From: Wallemia ichthyophaga EXF-994
Lineage: Eukaryota > Fungi > Basidiomycota
Direction: 5' to 3'
DNA: 32,000 bases
NCBI RefSeq assembly: GCF_000400465.1
Contig: NW_008806293.1
Location: forward strand, 32,601-64,600
Below the pieces are notes generated by a model that worked only from the letters and a program-made list of their open reading frames with translations, searched no databases and was not told the origin of the DNA. Shown here piece by piece: positions 10,986 to 20,960 of this stretch; position 1 is the first letter of the stretch; each line of letters starts with the position of its first letter. Position numbers and translations under genes: made by a program.

Positions 10986-12701
10986 TTAATTGGCATTAAA
11001 ATCGCCTTGCTTCTCTTGAGCATCTTGGTCAGTTTCGCCAAAGTCAGCTGGGACAGAGTAAAGGCGAATGATGGACTATGTGTTGTTAAAAAAAAAAAAA
11101 ACGGTCATCCGTCTCAAGCTGCTACTCACTCTGTTTGGATCCTTGATGAGAATGTATTTACCTTCAGGCTGGTTCTTGACGAGATCAACAATAGTGCGAA
11201 CGATGCCGAAACCATTGCTGAGTGTAATATGGAGTTGTGATGCCAAATCCTTTGGCTTATAAGACTGCACACCTACGATGACATGCTTCGATTCATCTCT
11301 AGGGTTAGCTCTGCTGATGAAACCGAACTTCATCTGGTCAGCGCCAGCGAGAATAGATTGAACAGCCCATCTAGCGAGCTTGGCAGAGTTATTTTTGAGC
11401 TCAGTAGCGACAACAGCACCTCGTTGTGAGTCGAGCTTAGTTCTCCAGTCGAGTGCACCACCTGAGCCTTGAGCTTTGTGATCAAATTCGTTGAGAGCGC
11501 GAATGGTAATTTGTGGAGTTGGAGTTGGATCCTTCTTCTTGAGATTAGGAACGTACGCATCTAGCTCTGTCCTAACTATCAAGTCCATCTTTTCAGAATC
11601 GTCGATAGCGAGATTGAATTTTCTGTACTTGTAAACATTCTTAGCAAGTGGATCAGGCTCATCACCGGAGTGGAAGGGATTAGATTCGCCGACAGGCTTT
11701 GGTTTGCCTTCCTCATTGGTTACTTGAGTTGTGTAATTGTGGTTAACATAGGTAGCTTCGAAAGAGAGACTGGCGGGGGTGTTGAGCGTCTCCTTATCAT
11801 TTTCCATTGGGGGGTCAGCTGCGTTTTCGTTGACAGAAGCGAAATCGAAAGGACCACCTTCACGTTTGTCGAGGAAGATTTGGTTACCCTTGCGCACAAC
11901 GACCAAATCCCATGGATAAACAGATCTAGCAGAAGTCATGAGTACAGACAAGACGCAATCAGTTGCGAAAACTTGAGCTTTATCTTGTTGAGCGAGTTTC
12001 TTTATGACGGGGTCGACAGAAGTAGAGGGATTGTAGCGTGTACGGTCTTTAATTTCGAGAGGTTTCTCATTTTTAGTATTGATTCTATCGAAAGATCTAT
12101 CATAAGGATATAATTGACCGAAAGATTCAACATCTTCACCTTCATTGACATCCAAATTGAGTTTGTTGAGCCTAGGGAAGTCAATTTCAGCGATATTTTG
12201 CCATTCAGGTTCAACTTGAACGGATGCGTCACGTATTCTGTTCGGTTTATCCCAGTCTTTCCAGCCCATCTTTCTGTGAGTGCGTGGTTGTTGCTTTTGT
12301 TGAGTTTGTTGTTGTTGTTGTTGGCGTTGGTTAGTGTTTGTACGGGTAGGAGTAGGTCTAGAAGGTTGAGTACGAGATTGTTGACGTTTACCCAAAGCGA
12401 CAGTTCTCTTTGCAGAGGTTTTGTTATCAACCAAGCTGAAAGACGCCTCGTCTTCGCCATGAATGTAACCGAAAGCGGTGGCAGAACCAGAGCCATATAT
12501 AGATTTCTGTAAAGGTTTCAATTGCTTATTAGACTGCTTTGATTGATCATCCTTCAAATCCAAGTTAAAATCAGCGATTTGAGTTATTTTATCAAATTTT
12601 GAGTACGGGGAGAAAGGAATTTCATTGAATCTGTTGGATTTATTGTTAACTGGAGGACCAAAGTTTTCATTTGAAGATAATTTCGGTAATTTAAATTCCA
12701 T
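10986..12701 (-). CDS. EIF3D: Eukaryotic translation initiation factor 3 subunit D
   Basis: MEFKLPKLSSNENFGPP...PFSPYSKFDKI...VFATDCVLSVLMTSARSVYPWDLVV...LDWRTKLDSQRGAVVATELKNNSAKLARW...KDPNR, intron 11129-11076, then SIIRLYSVP...*. Confidence 0.96.
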
Positions 12702-12746
12702 TTGTTGGGTGTTGTTGCGGTTCAAGGAGCTCAGTTCAATTCACCC

Positions 12747-14433
12747 ATGGCAGATAAAGAAAGAAAATTGAATTCTAAAGTTGCTTACTTTTACGATCGT
12801 GGGTTTAATAATCTGGGCTTTACGATACATTCTAATCCCCTCACAGCCGACGTCGGCAACTACTCTTACGGTTTTGGTCACCCAATGAAACCTCATAGGA
12901 TGAGAATGGTACATAATCTCATCTTGAATTACAATTTAGATAGTAAAATGTCTTTATTAAAACCTCCGCGCGCATCTCCTGAAGAAATGACTCGATTCCA
13001 CACCGACGAGTACATTGACTTCCTTCATCATGTCACTCCAGAGACTGCAACAGATTTAACTAGGAATCATGAAATCTGTTGGTCTATACGCCCCTATTAT
13101 ACTCCTGTTCACTCTTTTTAGTCCTCGCAGGTGAAGATTGCCCTTCTTTTGAAGGTTTGTTCGAATTTTGCTCGATTTCTGCAGGCGGTAGCATTGGTTA
13201 GTGCTTATTTACTCTTATATCCTCTTTCTAAGCTTATTTCCCTTTAAAGCCGCCGCAAATAGACTCACTTCCGGTGAATCTGACATCGCTGTCAATTGGG
13301 CAGGTGGTCTTCATCACGCTAAGAAGAGAGAAGCTTCGGGTTTCTGCTACGTTAATGATATCGTCCTCTCTATCATTGAACTCCTTCGCTATCATCAACG
13401 CGTTCTCTACATTGACATCGATATCCACCACGGTGATGGCGTTGAAGAAGCTTTTTATACAACTGATCGCGTACTCACTTGCTCTTTCCACAAATACCCT
13501 GACTACTTCCCTGGCACCGGATCAACTGATGATACTGGTATTCATAACGGTAAAAATTACTCCATCAACTTCCCTCTAAGGGACGGCATAGACGATGACT
13601 CTTATCAGTCCGTTTTCAAACCCACCATTCAACGTATTATGGAATATTACAGACCTGGTGCTGTTGTCTTGCAATGTGGTGCTGATTCTTTAGCTGGCGA
13701 TAAATTAGGTGTCTTCAATCTTAGTATGAAAGGTCACGCTGAATGTGTCGACTTTGTTAAGAAGTTTGACCTTCCAATGATAGTACTCGGTGGTGGTGGT
13801 TATGCTGTTAGGAATGTGAGCAGGACGTGGACTTACGAAACTGGTTTGCTAGTAGACAAACAATTAGAAGAAGATTTGCCCTTCAACGATTATCTCGACT
13901 ATTACGGCCCACGTTATAAACTTGAAGTTCCAGAAACTAATATGGAGAACCACAATACTCGGGAATACCTTGACGACATACAGCAAAAAGTTTTCGATCA
14001 TCTCAATCACCTTCCCTTTGCACCATCAGTCCAGATGCGTGAGGTACCTTCAGATCCATGGACTTACAGTGATCATTCGGACGACGAATTAGATGAAAAG
14101 ATCTCCAAAGCCGCTAATCAGATTAATCAGGTGTATGAAGAGCCTGAAATGGAGGAGGATGACTATCAGTCTGCTTACAAGAACAGATCAAATAGACTTA
14201 ATGGCCGTAATCGTACACAAAACCTACAGCGACAGAAGAGAAAATTCTTTCAGTCTGCCGCTATATCTAGTGCTCAACAGCAGTTTACTCATAATGATAA
14301 TGGCTGCGGACATTCACATCTACCCAAACCTCAACTAGACGATTTGCTCAAATTGGTAGTCGGTTCATCAGCACAGAAGAGACCGACGCCTTCACGAACA
14401 CATATATACGAACAATCTCCCGAGTATTTGTAA
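12747..14433 (+). CDS. RPD3: Class I histone deacetylase, Rpd3/Clr6 type
   Basis: [83 protein letters not shown] and [14 protein letters not shown]. Three short introns near the 5' end. Confidence 0.95.
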
Positions 14434-14457
14434 ATTATCATATGTATTATTATCCTT

Positions 14458-15578
14458 TTAATCGTTTTTAATCGAATTGGTTAGCGTAGCCCGTAGCGTG
14501 TTGGAAAATATGTCGACTGTGTCGTCCTCGTTGAGCGTGATAGGTGGTGTGCGTGAGAAGCCAACACCTGCCGGGGTGCCTGTCCAAAGGAGCGAGCCGG
14601 GCTCGAGGGTGGTGCCCTGAGAGAGGAATGCAATTGTCTCAGCGAGGGAGAAAATTTGCTTGCTAAGGGAATGCTAGTGAGTTTGATATGTTGATACATT
14701 CACTGTAAACGTACCTAGTTGAGCCATTTTGTAACACATTACCATTAACTCTCGCACCTAGGTGCACATTATCTGCATCTATGCTTTGTGCACTAACGAG
14801 ACATGGACCCCATGGAGCACTCCCGTCAAAGGACTTACTGAATCCCCATTGACTAGTAGCGCCCTGGTGTCTGCGTACACTAACATCATTTCCCAGACTG
14901 TAACCTAGCACATGATTGAGAGCGTCACCAACAGTGACATTCTTAGCTGGTGTGCCAATCACCGCAACAAACTCGGCTTCGTAGTCCACTTTGAACTTGG
15001 AAGACGGCTGCGAGACGCGTGGAATAGGGATAACGTCATTTGGACCACTCAGCGCCGTTGAGGGTTTGTAGAATAAGATTGGGGCTTTAGGGAGCTGCAT
15101 ACCACACTCTTCCTGTATGCGGATTTAGTGGAATGGTCGCCAGTATGTCATACACACCGCATGGTCTCTATAATCTGAAATATAGTTATGAATGAAAAGT
15201 GATGAGGATTGGCTACCTACTCAGGCCGAGAAAGCGTGATGTCACAACCTCATTTGAAGCTATTGGTGATAACAGTTGTGAGACTGTCTTAACTTCGCCT
15301 GTGTGTCGGGTGGCGGTGAGAGCGGATCGTGTATCGAGAGTTTCTGCCTGGATGTGAGATTCTGTGCCAACTGAATTGATATGGAGTGATATTGGTGGGT
15401 GAAAATTTAACTGCTAAAAACCCACCATCGATATTTGAGAGTAGTGGCTCGCCGATGTAAATACGACCGTCTTCTTTAGCGGTGAAACGAATTAGGCGAT
15501 TCCATTGCTGTGTAGGTAATTCGTTGGTGTCAAGTATTTTAGCTACCAAAATCTCACTCTTATCGCGCTTTTACTCAT
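14458..15578 (-). CDS. Fumarylacetoacetate hydrolase-family protein
   Basis: Spliced MSKSAIRQWNRLIRFTAKEDGRIYIGEP...GLNYRDHAEECGMQLPKAPILFYKP...VDYEAEFVAVIG...NDVSVR...FSKSFDGSAPWGP...FLSQGTTLEPGSLLWTGTPAGVG...KND*. Includes a 17-nt exon at 15174-15158. Confidence 0.9.
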
Positions 15579-15735
15579 ATTGCTGGTGGTATTGGATTGA
15601 GAGGGTAATAACGCGTATAAAGCGTGTAAAATGGATTCAAAATGAGTAATTGGATAAACAATTCCAGTTATGCCATCAAATAGACCCTTTCTCCAATCCA
15701 AAATCACCCCACACTGCCCCTTATCGCCAACGATC

Positions 15736-16481
15736 ATGCTCAAATCGATAAACACTTTCATTTTCGGACTTTCACCTGAAGAGAGAGTGCGTAAATGGCA
15801 GTCAAATCTCCGAAGAGAGCAGCGTGGACTTGATCGCGAAATTCGCCAGCTCGATCAAGCCATTTCTCGTACCAAATCATCTCTTAAGCAGGTTGCTAAA
15901 CGGAATGACACAAAATCATGTCGTATATTAGCAGTCGAGATAGTTAGATCTAATAAGCAGAAAGAGCGCCTTCTCTCAAGCAAAGTACAACTTAATTCGA
16001 TATCCATGCAGCTATCGTCGCAGCTTTCGACGATTAAAGTTACTGGCAGCCTTCAAAAGAGCACAGAAGTCATGAAACTGTCCTCAAATCTCATTAAGCT
16101 ACCACAATTATCCAGCACAATGAGCCAGATGTCTGAGGAAATGATGAAGGTGCGTAGATATATTACCTGTTACTTGGCTAACATTATTCAGGCAGGTATT
16201 ATGGATGAGATGCTGCAGGATACTATGGAAGCTAATGATGAGGATGGCGTCGAAGAGGAGGCGGATGAAGAAGTCGATAAGGTTTTGACTGAGATCACCG
16301 GTGGAAAACTCTCACAAGTCGGCTCAGTAACTGATAAGCCATTGCCTGTAAGTGTTTTCCTATGCTGGAAGATTCACAATACTAATCAAACTCAAAGGAG
16401 ATTGAAAACGAAAGCGAGCAGGCGAATGATGAAGAGTTAGAGAAGATGCAGAAGCAGTTGGATGGTTTGTTGAGAGGTTGA
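15736..16481 (+). CDS. VPS24: ESCRT-III subunit Vps24/CHMP3 (Snf7 family)
   Basis: MLKSINTFIFGLSPEERVRKWQSNLRREQRGLDREIRQL...CRILAVEIVRSNKQKERL...GSLQKSTEVMK...EMMK/AGIMDEM...EEVDKVLTEIT. Two introns; ends MQKQLDGLLRG*. Confidence 0.92.
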
Positions 16482-16621
16482 TACTAGAACACAAACACCA
16501 AACACACATGATATCCTTTCTATTGATAGATACATACATTCAGAGCGATATAAATAATATAAATACACGCTAATTGTACATCTCAGTAATAAGTATTGGT
16601 GATAGTGCTCAGTATGCCTTT

Positions 16622-19353
16622 CTATTCACCGGATTCTGCATTGCCATCTTCCTCCGCCACTTCTTCAGCATATTCGGCTCTACGCTTTAATTTTTTTGAC
16701 TTCTTACCCTGTTTAGCACCCCCTTTACCCTTCTTCGCTGGCGCCTCTTTGTCCTGATAGCGCAGACTACTGCTCCACTCCATTGCCCAATTGTCGTATT
16801 CAATTGACATTTCTGTAGACAGAATGCGTCGTGCAACCGTTTGGACTGGCTGTTTATCAGAGATGAATCCATGTAATTTCATTACTTGCATCATATCACC
16901 CTCAGTGATGCGATTCGGACGTCCCATCTGCTCAGCTCCATCCGTCAACGCCTCGATATACTCCATGCACCGCTCCATCAACACCTCCTCCGTTCCCTTC
17001 TCAATTGCTAGCTTTGGGCCTGAACGATTCTGATTCATGAACCTTTCAAAGTGTTTCTTTATCAGCGTTTGTGTGATGTTAGGTAAACGCCTTCTGACGC
17101 CCCTGGCCTTGGCGTTTGTGCTGCGTGATTTACCGGTGTTTCTTTGTCCCTTAAAATTGGATTGTGTGATTGTGCTGTGTGTTGTTAGTCAGAAAAGTAC
17201 GGGGGTGTGAGTGACCCACACGTCAGGATCTTCGCCGTTTTCCTCATTCTCATCCTCCTTTTGCTTGCGTAAGAGCGGGTCAAGAATTAGATCTTCTTCG
17301 TCAGCTTCAGCTTCATCGTCCACAGATTTGGAGCGTGGCCTTATAGCCATAGAGTCGTCGGCAACGTTACCACGCTTCTCGACATTATTATCATCAGCTT
17401 CAACTTGGGCTTCTGGCTCGGCTAAATTCCAGTCATCTTTTGGTAGATCTTCGCCCGGCTGCATAACTTCGTCTTCCTCCCATGCATCGTCTGCTTCTTC
17501 TCCGCCCTCAGCCACCTCAGCATCAATCATGTCGTTCGTAGGTAGCATATCGACCAGGTCTTCTACAGGCTCCTCTTCGGCTATATCCTCGCCTTCTGGC
17601 TGCTCGCCAGGATTCATGACTGATGATCTGTCCTGATCACCCCTTCCACGATCGCTTTCATTATCGGCTGGTATCTCATTCTCGAAAGGAACCTCACCCT
17701 CGATTGGTTTGGGTTCCCCAAATTGATCGGGATCTTCATCTTGTGCATCTTCAATAGCAGGTGAGCTATCCTGATTGTTTTTTTCATCTTCTATCGCCGC
17801 TGAAGACCTATCCTGAGTGTCTCTTTCACGTGGACTTTGATAAAAAATTGATGATCTATCTTGGGACATTCTTTCGCGCTGGCTTTCATTCAGAATTGAA
17901 GATCTGTCTTGAATATCTTTTTCGTGTGGACTTTCATTTATAATTGAAGACCTCTCCTGTGTGTCTCTATTTTGTGGACTTTGATTGAGAAGTGAGAATC
18001 TATCGCGAGCACTAGGAGCATTTTCACTCCCGTCCGACTCTCGAGGACGTTTACTACCTCTACTACTTCTGCTACTGAGCAAACTTGAGTTACTCTTGTC
18101 AGATAAACTCTCATTAGGGCGAGAGCTCTGAGGCGATACCTTTTGCCTTTCTAAGGATTGATCGGAATGAGGGCTTTGAGAGGGGTGTTGACTGAGGCTT
18201 TTTTCGGTAGAATCCCTATCATATTCCGTTGAATGAGGTCTAGATTCCGAAAGCCGTGCACTTTCGATGGACGATCTCCTCTCTTCTCTGCTATTGGATC
18301 TCATGGATTCCTTTGAGCTGTTTGTCAGTAAATCATCTTGAGTGCTATTGCTCCTCTGCTCAGTCAACTCATTTTCATTATTATCATCGAGCAATATGTC
18401 ATCACCATCGACCTCATCCAGCATAACAGGTGGCTGTCTTTGAGCCAAGCTCGACTCATTACCTATTTCCAGAGTTTTATCATCTCCATAGAAGAAGCTG
18501 CTTTTATCAATTTGAGCAGACTTTCTTGTTGAAGTGTTATCTAGATGTAAAGATGGGTCATCCATCAGGCTATCACCACTATTTAGCTGGATAGAGTCAT
18601 CTTTCATATCTGCGCCTAAACCCATACCAAAACTAGATCTATTGACCATACTGAGTCTGAAGTCGGCTGGAGCACGTTCACGTCGAGCCAATTCAGGAGC
18701 TTCTGTATCGTCAAAAGCAGAGGTATTTGATGGTGAGCGTGAGATTGGGCGGTGTTGTTGCCAATACTCATTGACGCTTACAGGACTTTCAATAGTGACG
18801 ATTGAAGCAGGGGAGTCAGTTAGAGAGTGAGGAGTTGGCGGTGGTGGCATAGAAGTTCTCTTAATACCTCTGTATGCAGAGGATCGCCTTACAGTTGGAG
18901 GAATGTTAGGAGAAGATTGCTGAGGGGTGTGTGAGGATTGAGCGGATTGAGCAGATTGAGGTGGATGACGAAATGATGTTGATTGACGGCGTGAAGTTGG
19001 AGTTTGTTGAGTTTGTGCGGGTAATTCGACTGGTGGTGACGGTTTTGGTACACCGGGAGCTATAAAGTGGTTAGAGGGATATTATTGGTTGTTATTGATA
19101 TACCTTTGGTCAGCATTCTTAGTAAGTTTCGCGGAGTTTCACGATCGGAAGTTGAATTGAAGTTTGATTCAACGCGAATTGGAGTTTGTTGAGCGCGAGT
19201 TGGTGGTAAAATACGCGTACCACGTGGTGTACGACGCGAAGGAGTTGGAGGCTGAGATTCTCTAGCCCTGTTTGGCGTTGGAATTGGCGGATAATTCTTC
19301 CTTTTATTTGGCGTCGTCATGAGGGTAAGTTGATAAGGATTTTTGTTGGACAT
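16622..19353 (-). CDS. CENPT: CENP-T/Cnp20-like inner kinetochore protein (long disordered N-terminus, C-terminal histone-fold-like domain)
   Basis: Intron 19103-19060 and a second intron near 17175-17219 join ORFs 19060..19353, 17189..18850 and 16622..17038. N-terminal ETPRNLLRMLTK resembles the CENP-T TPRxLL motif. C-terminal LPNITQTLIKKHFERF...ITEGDMMQVMKLHGFISDKQPVQTVARRILSTEM resembles the CENP-T histone fold. Matched from memory, no HMM run. Confidence 0.65.
17801..18004 (-). repeat. Degenerate 48-nt (16-aa) coding tandem repeat, about 4.25 copies
   Basis: Units start at 18004, 17956, 17908, 17860 and 17812: DRFSLLNQSPQNRDTQ / ERSSIINESPHEKDIQ / DRSSILNESQRERMSQ / DRSSIFYQSPRERDTQ / DRSS. 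Confidence 0.9.
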
Positions 19354-19437
19354 AAAAGGTATAGTAATTAATAATTATACAATCTGACTTAATTTATTGA
19401 ACGCTTGTTTTATTGTTTGTTATTTGGTCTGAGTTCT

Positions 19438-20062
19438 CTATTTATCCATTGTATATTGAAGATTTTCATCATTTTCAGATTGAACACCACAATCACAATC
19501 AAAATGATTTGATAGAGTGGTGCAATCAAATTGAGGCTTTTCTAGCCTTTGATTTACTAAATTATGCATATTGCACAACCAATCAGAGGCAGCTTTGTTT
19601 GAGGATGTCTGTGAGTGTAGATATTAAGTGAGAGGCAATGAATTTCAAATATATAACAACCTGAGGTGGAAACTTGAGTAGAATGTTTTGAAAGTGTTGA
19701 CTACATTCCTCGCAGGGATATAGCTCACTAAACAGGTAAAAGAATTGGGAAAGCTTCTGAGATTGATCTGGAGTTGGATTCTAATAAGCCAGTTAGAAAA
19801 TCAATAACATCCTCACAACTCCATCAAACCTCGGGAAATTTAAAAGTCAAGTTATGGAGGAATTTCCAAGTTGAGTGGCCTAGTTCAGCTCTATAGATGT
19901 GTTAAAGATCTTTTATTGGAATTTACTTGAAACTAACTTGTAGCTCTTGTAATTTGAAGATAAAAGATTGACTTTGAAGGGTTTTATTGAGTGTATTAAT
20001 ATTATAGTAAAGCTTATTATTATAAAAGATGTCAATGCTATCAATTTTCTAATCAAATTCAT
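19438..20062 (-). CDS. ERV2: FAD-linked sulfhydryl oxidase Erv2 (Erv1/ALR family), N-terminal membrane anchor
   Basis: Four exons give MNLIRKLIALTSFIIISFTIILIH...KAELGHSTWKFLHNLTFKFPENPTPDQSQKLSQFFYLFSELYPCEECSQHFQNILLKFPPQTSSNKAASDWLCNMHNLVNQRLEKPQFDCTTLSNHFDCGCG...MDK*. It has the CxxC active site and the C-terminal CGC typical of Erv2. Confidence 0.92.
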
Positions 20063-20108
20063 TCCTTTATTCTCCGAACCCGCTAACGACTTAACCACCA
20101 TCGCATAA

Positions 20109-20826
20109 ATGATCTCAGCCGCATTACAAAGATCAAAATTTAGTTTAAATTTACAGCCATTTAAAAGGCTCTACTCAAATAAGCAAACTGTACCACAAAA
20201 AACTACGCACGATGAACAAATCAAAGAGCACAGAGAATCAGGCTTAACAACTCCACATCCACCAAAGGACGTTTTGACAGCTGAAGTTATATCAGGCGCT
20301 CCAGGTTGGTTATTTTAGACTTTTCATTTTACTTGAATGTTGATAATTCGCTTAGAAACACTTCAACATCGCCAAGTTAGAATTTATAAGCCAACGAAGA
20401 ATACTATGCAATCTGGTACTCACAATACGCATCACTGGAGAGTAGATTTTGATATTTTACAAGGTGGTGGTAGATGGGAGCATCCTTTGATGGGCTGGTC
20501 TTCATCGTGAGTTTGATTTGGTTATCACAGAACTCAACTAAAGTTATTATAGAGCTGATCATATGCAAGGAACAAACGTCAAATTCCAATCAAAGGAAGA
20601 TGCCATCAACTTTTGTGAGAAGCAAGGTGAGTAAGATGAATATAATCCCCCCATTCTAACAAGAAACAGGCTGGGATTACTTTGTTTCAAAACCACGTTC
20701 CCCAAAGTTTAAAACAAAGCAATACGCTGCAAACTATTACCACTGTGAGTTGACTGCCTTGGTTGATATCTCCAAGCTAACAATCCCAAAGCACCTGGAA
20801 AGTTACGCTTAGCTCAGACAAAGTAA
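20109..20826 (+). CDS. NDUFS4: NADH:ubiquinone oxidoreductase subunit NDUFS4 (21 kDa Fe-S protein 4), mitochondrial
   Basis: Basic presequence, then AEVISGAP/ETLQHRQVRIYKPTKNTMQSG...WRVDFDIL...RWEHPLMGWSSS/ADHMQG...FQSKEDAINFCEKQ/GWDY...KQYAANY...PGKLRLAQTK* across four short introns. Confidence 0.93.
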
Positions 20827-20960
20827 ACGCGTTTAAACGCGTAGAATCGCGTCAATCAAGTAAAACGAATTAAAACTTTTATTCCAAATCCATTCAATTT
20901 CTTTATTTGTAAATTTATCCACGCGTGTCCAATCACTTTCTATTTTCATTATCAACCGTC

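Noticed and set aside
11089-11101. A13 run as a retroposition tail
   Set aside because: It is the polypyrimidine tract of the minus-strand eIF3d intron.
7201-14433. SAP18 plus Rpd3-type HDAC as a functional gene cluster
   Set aside because: They are separated by four unrelated housekeeping genes, and such proximity is expected by chance in a genome this dense.
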